Source: a virus (Duplodnaviria > Caudoviricetes). From it: DNA of 64,000 nucleotides. Shown piece after piece: positions 45,771 through 56,700 of this stretch (positions are counted from its first letter, which is position 1; the number at the start of each line of letters is the position of its first letter). The stretch spans positions 32,001-96,000 of the IMG/VR virus record IMGVR_UViG_3300033463_000029; one strand, given 5' to 3'. The notes below the pieces were generated by a model, which saw nothing but the letters and a program-made list of their open reading frames with translations, searched no databases and had not been told where the DNA came from. The translations under genes were made by a program, and so were the position numbers.

Positions 45771-47375
45771 ATGAAAATAGAAATGGTATATTCTCCAGAG
45801 AATCTGGAAAATTCTCCGGAAATGATAGAAGAGTGTGATTTACTCATACTTGAAGATTTAATTGAAACATACGGGGCAGATGCTGTGTTTGATGCGCTGA
45901 ACGAAGATGGAAACTGGAGTCATTTTGGAAATGACTGGGCTATTCCATATAACAAAACCGCCGGTGGAACATCAAAAGTAAAAGGATTAGGGAAGTTAAT
46001 ACAATCTATCCCCAGCTTCGCAATAACAGCGGCGATATCTTGGCCAGTTGCGGTTTTTGCTGGAATAGGTGCACTATCACACAGAATACAGAAAAGGTGG
46101 GAAGATCATAATTCTTGGAGACAAAGGCTAATCCCAGGATTCTGGGTAGACGCACTTGGTGCCCCACAGGGAACATCAACTCCACATGATATAGTCGCTG
46201 CACCATACAGACTTTCAAAAAAGGCTCTTAAGCTTTTAGGAATCGGCGCGGCCGGTGCAGTTGGATACGAAGCAGCAAAAAAGAAAGGTATCATAGATAA
46301 AATAAAAGGATACATCAATAAAAAGAAAGATGGAAAAGATGCAGCAAAGGACGCTTCAACCGATTCATCAATAGCTGGCGCAACTCCATATATGTCCGTT
46401 CCGGGAGAGCAAGAACAACTTTTCACACCAGAAGAAGTTAAAAGCTGGGATTTTAAAGAATACTGGGTAACACTAACAAACGGTGAAGTAATACGAGTAA
46501 AAACAAACACCGCCGAAAACGCAAAACGTATGGTAGCATGGCTTCTTGGTATACTTGCTGCATCTAAATATTATAAGACTGTTAACGCCGAGATATCATC
46601 AGGAAGAAAGATGAAATACACGGTTCCGTTTGATAATGGGGAAGTTGCAATAGTTGCTGCACAATCTGAGAAGGACGCAATAGAAACAGCAATTTCTCAA
46701 AGAAAACAATTCTGTGACAGTTTAAACAAATCTTGCAACGGACTAATTCCGCTAGAACCAATGGCGGCAGGAAACGTCGTAAAACAAGATGTTGTCGTAA
46801 AAACGTCAGAAAAGGTGAAAGAACCTCAAATCAAAGATGTTTTGGATCATAAACCAGAAAAGAAAGAACAAAATGTAGGAAAACTCCCGAAACCTCTTTA
46901 TAAATTGAACGGGTTGGATCACTATAAAGTTAGATATTCTCAATTTATATTCAATTATGGGGCTGGAGATAAAAACTCGGCAATCGACGTGTTTAACGGA
47001 ATACTAAAAAATGAGGCGAAAGACCTCATGACTACAATCGAAAACAATTTCGAGAAATACGCTAAGATATATATCATTGGCTTTGGTGACGGAGATGTCT
47101 ACAAAATACCAAACGATTCAGAATTTTCAGCAAAAGAGCAAGCAGAAAAACTTCATAAGGTCAAAATGAGTGTGATGGAAGCTCAGTCCCCAAGAGACGG
47201 AAGAGTTGAATTGGCTAACCTTCTTAAAAAATACGGAACAAAGATAAACGCAATGACCAGCAGAATGCAATCTACAGAAAAGCCAAGAAAGCTTGGAAAG
47301 AGTGATAAAGCATACTTTGCTGAAATCCTCGATGAGAAGGGTTCCGAAAGCAAATTCGACATGAAAGTTAGTTGA
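45771..47375 (+). CDS. Late protein with hydrophobic segments and internal repeats
   Basis: Ala/Gly hydrophobic stretches; Y.V...NGE....A...A repeats. Confidence 0.75.
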   Translation: MKIEMVYSPENLENSPEMIEECDLLILEDLIETYGADAVFDALNEDGNWSHFGNDWAIPYNKTAGGTSKVKGLGKLIQSIPSFAITAAISWPVAVFAGIGALSHRIQKRWEDHNSWRQRLIPGFWVDALGAPQGTSTPHDIVAAPYRLSKKALKLLGIGAAGAVGYEAAKKKGIIDKIKGYINKKKDGKDAAKDASTDSSIAGATPYMSVPGEQEQLFTPEEVKSWDFKEYWVTLTNGEVIRVKTNTAENAKRMVAWLLGILAASKYYKTVNAEISSGRKMKYTVPFDNGEVAIVAAQSEKDAIETAISQRKQFCDSLNKSCNGLIPLEPMAAGNVVKQDVVVKTSEKVKEPQIKDVLDHKPEKKEQNVGKLPKPLYKLNGLDHYKVRYSQFIFNYGAGDKNSAIDVFNGILKNEAKDLMTTIENNFEKYAKIYIIGFGDGDVYKIPNDSEFSAKEQAEKLHKVKMSVMEAQSPRDGRVELANLLKKYGTKINAMTSRMQSTEKPRKLGKSDKAYFAEILDEKGSESKFDMKVS

Positions 47376-47511
47376 GTTTCTTAATCCTGTTTGGATCTAT
47401 AACTCTGATACGAACATAAGGGGTCGCAACAAGTTCGACCTCTTCTTTTTTTGTGTTCTTCTTAAATATGTTTCTGAAGAATGATACTATTGAACAGATA
47501 ATCCTTTTCAT
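47368..47511 (-). CDS. Small hypothetical protein (47 aa), not in ORF track
   Basis: MKRIICSIVSFFRNIFKK...; ATGA overlap with upstream gene. Confidence 0.5.
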   Translation of the reverse strand: MKRIICSIVSFFRNIFKKNTKKEEVELVATPYVRIRVIDPNRIKKLN

Positions 47512-47939
47512 TTTATGAATTTTATTACATTTTGCGGAACGCATTTTATTATCTTCGCTTTATTAACGGTTGGAAAGAATATCACTTCATCGAACATAAC
47601 ATAATAATCCGATAATTTTTGAACGTCACAATCGTCCAAGCCAACCGCACCCTCAACAAGAGAGCCTTCCGCATTGAACACAGATTCCTTAACAGACGAT
47701 ATTGTATCAAATGTCATTTTGCTGTTTATGTATATTATTCCGATATACCTCTTTGATTTACACCCGGAAATCAAAAGCCTTTCAAGCTCGTTGTTTATCA
47801 AAAATTGATGGGCTTTTTTATTGATGTCAAGACCAGTTCCCTCCAAGATGCTATCGACATCAATAATATAATATGAGCTCAAATTCGAGAAAAGATTCTT
47901 TAATCTTTTACACGGTTCAACTGTAAAATAGATATTCAT
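47508..47939 (-). CDS. Hypothetical protein
   Basis: Start reassigned to MNIYF after hairpin. Confidence 0.65.
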   Translation of the reverse strand: MNIYFTVEPCKRLKNLFSNLSSYYIIDVDSILEGTGLDINKKAHQFLINNELERLLISGCKSKRYIGIIYINSKMTFDTISSVKESVFNAEGSLVEGAVGLDDCDVQKLSDYYVMFDEVIFFPTVNKAKIIKCVPQNVIKFIK

Positions 47940-47945
47940 CAAAAA

Positions 47946-47979
47946 AATAAGAGGCGATTTTAAGTTTCGCCTCTTATTT
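47946..47979 (-). terminator. Intrinsic terminator
   Basis: AATAAGAGGCGA / TCGCCTCTTATT with T tract. Confidence 0.7.
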
Positions 47980-48811
47980 ATTCGCAATTTTCATGGTCAT
48001 CTTTTTCATATGCATCTTTAAGTGCAGTCTTAAGAGATTCTACTATTGACCGAACATCTATTCCATCAACAACGCACTCTATAAATTTTTCTCCACCGTT
48101 CTCAAATTCATCTGAAATTATTTTATAAAGAGATTTTGACGGAAGATCCATTGTAAGCGTAATAGGTATATCCGTTTGATGTTTTTTGGATTTCGAGACC
48201 ATAACATAAACAGGATCGTGAATAATCGGATCAGGCATGTGTTCAGGAATGCGTGTTTGGTCGATTGCTGCTCTTGTTTCAGCATTCTCCTGTCGCTGCT
48301 CTATAACAGAAGGAGCGTCGTTTTGGAGTGTGATTGATTCTGCTGGAACAGATTTATCAACAACATTAAAGGCAACGCCACTTTGGACTGACTCCTCGAT
48401 TGGCTTCCAATCCTTTGGGTCTGGGAGCTCTCTGAAACGCTGTTTGCGTTTCGGGGCAACGAGAATATCCTTTCCGACATTTGAATCAATCTCGCTTCCG
48501 TTTCCATTGCCCTGCATTATATCATTAAGCGTTGGAATTTCCACGGATTCTGACATTGACTTGTCAGAGTATACTTTTGGTTCTATTTTTTCGACAGTCC
48601 AGACATTTGATGGAGAATCAACCTCCACCATAAACTTCTCCTTAAGATCGCCTTTCAGTTCGGTTTTCTTGGATATGTACCTTAAATTGCAGGTATCTCC
48701 ACTATCGAAGTTGTAGAACACCTCTCCATCCATTTCAGTTATGGATTCAAGGATCACAACTTCACCGATTTCATCACCGGCAATCCATTCAAAATATCTT
48801 TTCTCTTTCAT
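47978..48811 (-). CDS. Hypothetical protein
   Basis: 277 aa ORF. Confidence 0.75.
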   Translation of the reverse strand: MKEKRYFEWIAGDEIGEVVILESITEMDGEVFYNFDSGDTCNLRYISKKTELKGDLKEKFMVEVDSPSNVWTVEKIEPKVYSDKSMSESVEIPTLNDIMQGNGNGSEIDSNVGKDILVAPKRKQRFRELPDPKDWKPIEESVQSGVAFNVVDKSVPAESITLQNDAPSVIEQRQENAETRAAIDQTRIPEHMPDPIIHDPVYVMVSKSKKHQTDIPITLTMDLPSKSLYKIISDEFENGGEKFIECVVDGIDVRSIVESLKTALKDAYEKDDHENCE

Positions 48812-48832
48812 TTTATATTGAAGTCGTTTATT

Positions 48833-49195
48833 TTAACTTTCGTTATCTTTACCTTTAATGAATCGTCCGAACTGTTCTTTGTATTCGTATTTCCATTCAA
48901 CGTCTTTGTAGTAGTCGTCTGTGAACCACGAGAGGTAGTCTTCCCGAAAATTTTCGAGAACTTCTGTAAAATGTTTTTTATAATCCCCACGCGAAAGAAC
49001 ATTTAGTTTTTGTTCGGAAATAGTAAAGCAATGTGTCGTCCCCTTGACTCTCCATATAACAGACAATGTAGTGTCATATTTATGCGCCTGAGCAACAATA
49101 TACTCAATTGTTATTGGATTGACCCATCCGTTGGGGTATATTTCGACTGTACGAATATCCCCAACGGACCAATCAAAATTAAAGACGAACGGCAT
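48833..49195 (-). CDS. Hypothetical protein
   Basis: ORF in operon. Confidence 0.7.
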   Translation of the reverse strand: MPFVFNFDWSVGDIRTVEIYPNGWVNPITIEYIVAQAHKYDTTLSVIWRVKGTTHCFTISEQKLNVLSRGDYKKHFTEVLENFREDYLSWFTDDYYKDVEWKYEYKEQFGRFIKGKDNES

Positions 49196-49200
49196 ATATC

Positions 49201-49428
49201 TTAGTCTTCCTCCAAAGCATCGAGGATAGCCTCAAGCTTTTCTTGTTTTACGCTTTCAATCTGCCACTCGTCAGTGCAAGCAGTGAACTCCTTTTCCACG
49301 ACGTTTGCAGCAATCTGAGGTGATCCCGCATCGTGTACAAGATAATTCTCCTTATGATACTTAATCTTTCCGTTGTCCTGTTCAACTCCAACGCGAACAG
49401 TTACTTTAAAATATCCTAAACTTTCCAT
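49201..49428 (-). CDS. DUF4494-like protein (Bacteroidota family)
   Basis: YFKVTVR....NGKIK...ENYLV.A.S...A. Confidence 0.65.
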   Translation of the reverse strand: MESLGYFKVTVRVGVEQDNGKIKYHKENYLVHDAGSPQIAANVVEKEFTACTDEWQIESVKQEKLEAILDALEED

Positions 49429-49432
49429 AGTA

Positions 49433-49705
49433 TTACTTTACATTTAATTCGATTTCACCCATAATCTTTTTGTACTGAAGGTTGTTTTTGTAAACATCCG
49501 GGACTTCTCCACATTTTGCACAAACAAAGACTGGGATTTCAATGATTTCGTCTCTTCCTGTTGGGGAAACAAGTTTAGACAGATTTTTCAGAACAAAAGC
49601 CTGTTTAAAAATCTTCGACCCGCAGGAACAAACCACGTTTTTCGAGTTGATTATAGCAGAAGGGTCAATTCCCCTTGGCTGCGGTGTTTGCATTACTCCA
49701 TCCAT
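49433..49705 (-). CDS. Zn-ribbon protein
   Basis: CSCGS..F..SKLVSPTG..PVFVCAKCG. Confidence 0.7.
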   Translation of the reverse strand: MDGVMQTPQPRGIDPSAIINSKNVVCSCGSKIFKQAFVLKNLSKLVSPTGRDEIIEIPVFVCAKCGEVPDVYKNNLQYKKIMGEIELNVK

Positions 49706-49719
49706 ATTTTTGAAAATTT

Positions 49720-49745
49720 TGGATCTCCGCCGAAACGGAGATCCA
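49720..49745 (-). terminator. Hairpin after bS1-like gene
   Basis: TGGATCTCCG / CGGAGATCCA. Confidence 0.6.
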
Positions 49746-49751
49746 TTTTAA

Positions 49752-50837
49752 TTAGTTTTCGGATTCAAGAAGATTTACCTTCTCAACCTCTTCTGGTGAG
49801 GGCTGGAGGTCGCCGATTACTATGCGGCAATTCTTGTCATCAATCCAGTTGAGTTTGTGGATGTAAGCCCTGAATTCGTCTCCGGGAGTAAACTGACCCT
49901 CGTCGAACATTTCCTCCATGCACTTCGACATGGTTGTTCTATGCATAAGGCTAGTGTAAAGCCACTTGCCTTCCTTGTCCTTAATGGCACAGAAAATGCC
50001 GTTTTTGGACGTTCCGGTGACTTTGACGAAGATTGGCTTACCAACGTAGAGTTCTTCGTGAATTCGGCTCGGAAGAGTAATCTCGATGAACTTCTTGTGG
50101 CTGACAACAAAGTTCTTAGTAGGAACAGAATAGTTCACAACGCACACGTTGATTTCCTGTCCAACGAGAGACTCCGCGTCGGTTATAGGTCCGCTTGATG
50201 CAAGAGATGCTGGCATAAAGCACTGCACTCCGAGAACATCAACCGTGTAGCCACCGCCACTTGTGCAGACAACGGTTCCCTTATACCCATACTGAGGACC
50301 GTCCTTGCGAACGAGTTCATCCATAAACTCCTTCTCAATCTTGGACTTGTATCCTTCCCAGATGGAAACGCGCTTATTGTCCATAACTTTTGCGAGAATT
50401 CCCTGAGACACGAGCTTCGTGCGATACGACTCGTCGTTGAGTGCATCAACGAAATCGCGGTTGCTGCGATATCCTACACTTCTCACAAACTGGTTCTCTT
50501 TGTTAAGATCGACAACAGATGACATTCCGTTATCGGAGTCGATGAGAACCTCGTGGTCTGATACAGGGCGAATGTCCTTAACGTTGTAAACGACACCCTC
50601 CTTTGCGTCCTTTGGACTTGGATGAAGCTTTGCTCCGTTATAGTGGCGCTCAATTAGGTCATAAAGCTCCTGTGCATACGGTTCGTGACAAAACACTTTG
50701 TCATTCCCGTTGACCTTTACCTTCTTATTTACATGAAGAGACGCGCCCCCATCATAACCGTCCTCATATAAGGACCAATCGAACCCATCTTCAGGACCCC
50801 AACTCTTTCCGGTCGGCTTGAATTTAATTTTGCTCAT
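49752..50837 (-). CDS. rpsA: Truncated ribosomal protein bS1-like protein (about 3 OB domains)
   Basis: GGYTVDVLGVQCFMPAS..LVGQEI...VV....NFVVSHK matches bS1 D2; FDWSLYEDG resembles Bacteroidetes bS1 N-terminus. Confidence 0.8.
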   Translation of the reverse strand: MSKIKFKPTGKSWGPEDGFDWSLYEDGYDGGASLHVNKKVKVNGNDKVFCHEPYAQELYDLIERHYNGAKLHPSPKDAKEGVVYNVKDIRPVSDHEVLIDSDNGMSSVVDLNKENQFVRSVGYRSNRDFVDALNDESYRTKLVSQGILAKVMDNKRVSIWEGYKSKIEKEFMDELVRKDGPQYGYKGTVVCTSGGGYTVDVLGVQCFMPASLASSGPITDAESLVGQEINVCVVNYSVPTKNFVVSHKKFIEITLPSRIHEELYVGKPIFVKVTGTSKNGIFCAIKDKEGKWLYTSLMHRTTMSKCMEEMFDEGQFTPGDEFRAYIHKLNWIDDKNCRIVIGDLQPSPEEVEKVNLLESEN

Positions 50838-50860
50838 TTAAAAATGAATTAGACGTTAAA

Positions 50861-51754
50861 CTATTTCTCCTTCATCGCGCCGATGACAATCTTTGTCGAA
50901 TTCGTTGTGGAGTCGAGGAGAATACGATCCACTGCGCCAGAACCGTTCACGTTGTACTTTCCGAGAATCACGGTGAAGGTCTCTTCAGATTTGTCGACAA
51001 CCTTTACGAACTTCTCGCGGTTCACAGTAAGGGCAATCGGATAATCCGGCTCATGATCAACCTCACCGATGAGATAAACGAAGTCAGACTTCTTGTTCTC
51101 TGATTTTTCGGATAGGTTGATATCCCTGACATAAAGAGACTTTCCTTCAACGTAGAACGAAAGTGCATCCCTGCGAGCGTCCATCTTGATGATGTCTGAA
51201 ATCTTGATGATGTCTGAAATCTTTTCGGGGGTGAGTTCAGAACGAACAGCGTCATCAACATTGAAGATGTTGTTGACAAAAACATCATCAGGAAGATATG
51301 CAATTTCCGTAGGACGGAAACCGTCAATCTTCATCTTCAGAATCTTAGAAGAGAATTGAATCTGGGTTGAGACGAAATCGGTTCCACCGTCCTTGAGGAC
51401 AAAGGGCTCATAAGAAACCTCAATGTCGAAGTCGGCGTTACCTTCCGCGTCAACATCAGACCCAAACCGCTCTACGATCTGGATAAACTTTTTGAGCTGA
51501 ATCAGGATTCCAGCTTTGATTCTCGCTGCTCCACGCTCCTGTTCGCCATCGTCGGATACGAACGAAATGTTCGCATCATCAAACGTAATCGATGCAAACC
51601 GTATTGCAGACTTGTCTTCGGTGAACGTCTTTGCGACGAATGCGCGTGACGTTGTGTCGATTTCGAGCAGCAGGGATTCCCTGATCTTAAGATAGCTCTT
51701 CAGATAGCTCACGAACGGCTCGGCACTGCCGCTTAAATGTAGTTTTAGCTTCAT
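50861..51754 (-). CDS. Probable sliding clamp (gp45-like)
   Basis: Size, GI..LKKF motif, two-domain alpha/beta pattern, replication gene context. Confidence 0.55.
   Translation of the reverse strand: MKLKLHLSGSAEPFVSYLKSYLKIRESLLLEIDTTSRAFVAKTFTEDKSAIRFASITFDDANISFVSDDGEQERGAARIKAGILIQLKKFIQIVERFGSDVDAEGNADFDIEVSYEPFVLKDGGTDFVSTQIQFSSKILKMKIDGFRPTEIAYLPDDVFVNNIFNVDDAVRSELTPEKISDIIKISDIIKMDARRDALSFYVEGKSLYVRDINLSEKSENKKSDFVYLIGEVDHEPDYPIALTVNREKFVKVVDKSEETFTVILGKYNVNGSGAVDRILLDSTTNSTKIVIGAMKEK
51183..51223. repeat. Exact 18-bp tandem duplication (KISDII x2)
   Basis: ATCTTGATGATGTCTGAA twice plus ATCTT. Confidence 0.9.
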
Positions 51755-51818
51755 CTAAAAGATGTGTTTAAATTGTTTAACAATAAATTACCTTTGAAAA
51801 CACCATCGTTTTCAGTTG

Positions 51819-51826
51819 CAAATATA
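51819..51826 (-). promoter_or_regulatory. Bacteroidota-type -7 box
   Basis: GTATATTTGC upstream of clamp-bS1 operon. Confidence 0.7.
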
Positions 51827-51857
51827 CTGAAAATAATTTAAACAAAAAAACAGAGGA

Positions 51858-53726
51858 TTAAATTCCCCTGTTTTTATCAACCTTTCCAGCCAATGTTATA
51901 TTTATAGGTCCTAGAAGACCGGTGAGAGAATCTTCATAATATATTCCGTTGTTAGATGTAAACCCTCCTCTGAACAACGGTTGAACATCATTAACCTCTA
52001 TATTGTTACCAAGACGGTCTGAAAGATTTCTCGATAGAAGAATATCTCCGTATTCATCTATTCCGTAGTTTCCATCACCAAACAAAAGCTGGTTGTTTTT
52101 GTCTGCGTCAAAATATACGTTAACAGAATCAACACCATCAACCTCTTCAACAATTCGTATTATATCCGAAACTGGTATTCTTACGCGGCGGGTCATATTT
52201 ACAGCATAATCTGAAACCGCAGATATTATTGACTGCTTTACAGCGTTAAAATTATAGTTATTGTAAATTCTTACTGTTATGTTCACTGAGAATTTTGCAA
52301 AGATAGGATCTATTATGCGGTTTTCTATCGAAATTGCCTTTCTTCCAGAATTTTCAATAAGGTCAAGAATTCCTTTCTTTTCATCACTTGTCAACCCAAA
52401 CCTATCAATAGAACAAGTAAAATAGTTGTCTGATGATGTTATGCGCTTCGTTATGTCAGGAACAAGATAAAGATAAACAACATTATCATCCATCTTTGTT
52501 CTATCATATTCAACTTTCAATGCATCAACCTCATTCTTTTTCGCAGTCAAGAGTTCAAGAAGATCAATAGCCTGCTGAGAATTTACACCGGTCAAATTTA
52601 TTTGAGCAGAATATTTATATTTAAGCGCATTATATTCATTCTTTGCGTCATTATATAGTCCCTCTATCTTTATATCCTCAACCGTGTTAAATCCTGAGAA
52701 CACGTCTATTATTGAGAACATGTTAAGTTTTGAAAGGAACGTCTTATAATTAACATCGTTTGCTAAAACAAAACTCCTAGACATGTGCGGTGCAAGTTTT
52801 CTTGTCATCTCTATCGACTCACCATATGTTCCAAACAATATGTCTGATGCCGGATATAAAGAGTAGACCGCATTCAAATCAACATAATCCCCATTCTGGT
52901 CATATCCCTGATCTTCAAATGTCCAAACAATTTCACTTGACGGCTGTTCAAGATTTCCGGCCGCGCCCGACGAAACTATATATTCAAACAATATTGTTGA
53001 ACCAACAACTGGTATTTTTCCATTGTTTCCTGTTCCGAAGAACACATCGATTCCTCCGTTTACGCTGGTTTTAACAATGCACGCCTCTTGCTCATAGGTC
53101 ATATCAAGAATCGAGTCGACTTTCTCCCAACGCTTTCCGTTTACATAAACATTTGCAAAAAATTCATCAACAATATCATCTGTTTTACTTGCAAAGTTAA
53201 AAGACTGCATTGCTTCTCCTGTTCCGGTTCCTTGCTGATATTTAACATCTCCCTGAACGATTGGGAACTCCATCTTTGAGTCTTTATCCCCTACAGTAAT
53301 CTGCAAAATGTTAGCTGGAAGGATTATTCTATAAACAAGACCGTTTGCAGAATTTCTGATTCCTGTAAAATTCTTTATTGAAATTGTCTCACCGGCATAA
53401 TCAGAATTTCTGTTATAAGTCATATAAATAGTTCCCCTTGCAGCAATACCTCTCGACGGAACATGACCTGTCAATTCAGAAAGACCTATAACAGATCTTG
53501 ACTGATATGCGGTTTCGATATTCAACTCAGTTACGGACGACTCTATATAGAACAGAATCATTCTGCCAAGATTGACAATTACATTTATTATCTGGGCGAA
53601 CGGAGAAGCCATCGTGAACTCCTGATCGTTTGCTGCATATGTATTTTTGACATAGTTCATCGCGTCATCATACATCTGAGACAACCCGATTCTATTAGTC
53701 TTAAATATATTTAAATCAAGTTTCAT
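51858..53726 (-). CDS. Baseplate wedge subunit (gp6/J-like)
   Basis: ELNIETA...SV, FFG.GNNGKIP..G, G.AGN, ESIE..RK.AP, EVDGVDSV. Confidence 0.85.
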   Translation of the reverse strand: MKLDLNIFKTNRIGLSQMYDDAMNYVKNTYAANDQEFTMASPFAQIINVIVNLGRMILFYIESSVTELNIETAYQSRSVIGLSELTGHVPSRGIAARGTIYMTYNRNSDYAGETISIKNFTGIRNSANGLVYRIILPANILQITVGDKDSKMEFPIVQGDVKYQQGTGTGEAMQSFNFASKTDDIVDEFFANVYVNGKRWEKVDSILDMTYEQEACIVKTSVNGGIDVFFGTGNNGKIPVVGSTILFEYIVSSGAAGNLEQPSSEIVWTFEDQGYDQNGDYVDLNAVYSLYPASDILFGTYGESIEMTRKLAPHMSRSFVLANDVNYKTFLSKLNMFSIIDVFSGFNTVEDIKIEGLYNDAKNEYNALKYKYSAQINLTGVNSQQAIDLLELLTAKKNEVDALKVEYDRTKMDDNVVYLYLVPDITKRITSSDNYFTCSIDRFGLTSDEKKGILDLIENSGRKAISIENRIIDPIFAKFSVNITVRIYNNYNFNAVKQSIISAVSDYAVNMTRRVRIPVSDIIRIVEEVDGVDSVNVYFDADKNNQLLFGDGNYGIDEYGDILLSRNLSDRLGNNIEVNDVQPLFRGGFTSNNGIYYEDSLTGLLGPINITLAGKVDKNRGI

Positions 53727-53738
53727 TAAATTAAATGA

Positions 53739-56700
53739 TTATTTTTTTGATATAGTATAATCCATATTTGATAATTGCTGTATCAATACTTTTATAGCTT
53801 CGACAACGCTGCCTGGATCATTATTGCGTCCCCATCCAAACGAAGCTCCTGCGGCGTCGGTTTCAAATTTCAATCCCTGCAAAGCCGTCTGTATCGCATC
53901 AACAACATCACCGCTTGACAAACCGCGACCGCCTCCGCCGCCTCCGCTGCCGCCTCTACCTCTATTTACAGCGTCAGTTACATCACCAATCTTTCCTACA
54001 TCAGCCTTTGATATTTCCCTTAAAGCGTTTGTCAATGAACTCAAGTCATTTGACATTCCGTTTATATTATCCTTTATTTTCTTGAAAGCCTCAGCAAGTT
54101 TATTTATGTCATCGATTCTCTTTTGCTTATCTTTATACAAAGTCTTGTCGAAGTTTCCGAAGGTGTCTGTAACTTTCTTAAGTTCTGTGTCGGTTGAATT
54201 TATATTCGTCTTAGCCTTGTTGAACGCTTCTGTAGCCTTCTTGTCTGTCAATGTTGACAAGTTCTTATTAAATTGAGATATGGTTGTATAGAAATCGTTT
54301 ACGTTCTTTGTGGCTTTCGTTATGTCTCCTTCTTCACCCGCTATTGAATTTATAAAGTCTATTACCTCATTAAACGAGCCAACAACATTCTTCAAAGAAT
54401 CTGCGTTTCCGTTAAACGATTCCATATAATCTCTGGCATACAACGCATTGACAAAAGATGTTACTCCAGTTGCAATGTCTGTTCCGATCTTCTTGAAATC
54501 TATTGCTGGTCCAGTTTTCCAACCGCCCTTTCCGTCATATAAAACTTTATGTATTCCTGTTGCGTCAACGGTGAAGCTCGACATCACATCGATAAAGTTT
54601 GCAACTGGTTCTATGACTTGACCAAGTATACCGGTCATCTTTTCTATGGCATCGCTTCTTCTGGCTGCTGCACGTCTTCCGGAAAAATCCCAAATTGATG
54701 TACTGTCACCATACATAAGTTTTGACCACCCCTCAACAATACTTCTATCAAACAAAGAACTAACAAAAGCGGTAACAGCACCAGCTATGTGAGTACCAAT
54801 CTTTTTAAAGTCTATTCCCGGTCCAGGCTTTACTCCCTCTTTTTCATCCTCGATTAGTTTATGAAGTACACCATCCTCATCCACAACAAAGTTGGACATC
54901 ACGTCTATAAAGTTTGTAATGGGTTCTATAACCATGCCTAGAATTCCCATCATTTCCTTTATACCCTTTCTTCTTCGTCTAGCTTCTACCCAGTTCTGAT
55001 ATGATGTTCCCTCTCCATAAAGAATCTTGGCCCATTCGTTTGCATTTTGTTCAGAGAACAACGTTCCAACAAACAAACTTACAGTTCCAGCGATTGTTTG
55101 AGCAACACTTACAACATCAACGGATGGATACTGAATAAGCTCTCCCTTTTCATTAAACGTTATCCTCTTTAGATATCCATCCCCGTCAGATTCGTATGCT
55201 GTTAGCATCTCGACAAATTTTGATATAGGATCAATTATCTGCCCTATTATCATCATCGCTATTGCAGCTTTAGCTACATTTTTAAGCTTAACGTCCTCGA
55301 ACCCCTTGGACATTTCATTTGCAAATGTGCTCAACGTTCCGACGATAGTCTTTCCAACAGCTATAGGATCAACCCAGTCCGAATATTTGACGTTTCCGTC
55401 TTTATCTCTAGAAATTACCTTTCTTATAACTCCGTCGCCGACAACATCTGATATCTCCGCAATCCTTGATATTGCATCGACCGCAACGAGTATACCAAAA
55501 GAAAGAAGTTTTATTTTGGCTATATCGCCCATCAACTTAAAGAACTCTATCATTCCTATTCCAAGCGACAGGTTCTTTCTATTGAAAGATTTCAATATCG
55601 GAGATATCCCGTTCTTAATAAAATCAACTATTGCTCCAGCTCCGCCAGCTTCGTCAGTTTTCTTCTTTAAATTCACAACCGCATTTACAATGCTGATAAC
55701 GGCAAACGCGAATCCAACAACAATAGTTATGACCGGCAGAGCAAGCAAAACAGGAATCAAAAGTAATGAGAATCCTGCCGCGAGCGCACCAAACGCCGTC
55801 GCAACAAGGGCGATTCCTCCCACTTCGATTACCATCTGTTTCCATGTTATACCGGCTTCTTCTCTCTTTTTAATCAGATTTACTACACCGTTTATAAACA
55901 CAAGTGTAAGGAGTGCAAATCCGATGACAACACCAAGCGCAAGTGCTCCCGGAAGTATATATGACATAAGGGCACCAGCAGCAACAGCCAATGCGCCAAA
56001 CGCAACGAGTATTCCTCCGGCAAACGCAAGGGTAATCAACATATCCTTTCTCACCTTCGGATCTTTCATTGCTTGAGATACCTTATAAGTGGCATATACT
56101 AATCCTAGCACAGCGAACGCAAGAGCCGTTATTATCGTAAGCGCAATTATTCCTTTTTTAGCTTTTCCAAGAAGTTTTCCGGCAACCCACGCTATACCAA
56201 TAAGGGCAAGCATCACACCGCCAACTATGGCTAACCCCAACGATATATCTTTCCAGTTCTTTTTAGCAAATCTAGCTAAAAACGCAGATGCAATCACAAG
56301 ACCGAAACAGAATATAGTAAACAACATTATTTTTCCAAGACTCTTAAACGCATCTGTGCTTGTTATGATTTTACTAGCAAGACCAGCTATTAAGATTATA
56401 CCGACCATTGTAATCAAGGTCAATCCTAATATTAGCAATCCGCCCCACAAAGCATCTTTCCATTTTCCTTGAGCGAATATAAGACCAAAAGTTGCCGCCA
56501 ATATGACTAGACCCATCGTAGCCAAAGTGAATATCATTATATCCTTCAGACCATCCATTGCTCCAAGTCCCTTTACGACTTTAGCGGCTAATCCGGTTAT
56601 AAGGATTATGCCGACAAGAAGAAGCATTGTTGCACCAAGAACAGCAAGACCATACAATAAAGGTTTTGTACCAATCTTTTGTATTAAAACTCCTATCCCT

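Noticed and set aside
48808-49002. 64-aa minus-strand track ORF
   Set aside because: Almost fully overlaps 48833..49195 in another frame with no recognisable motif
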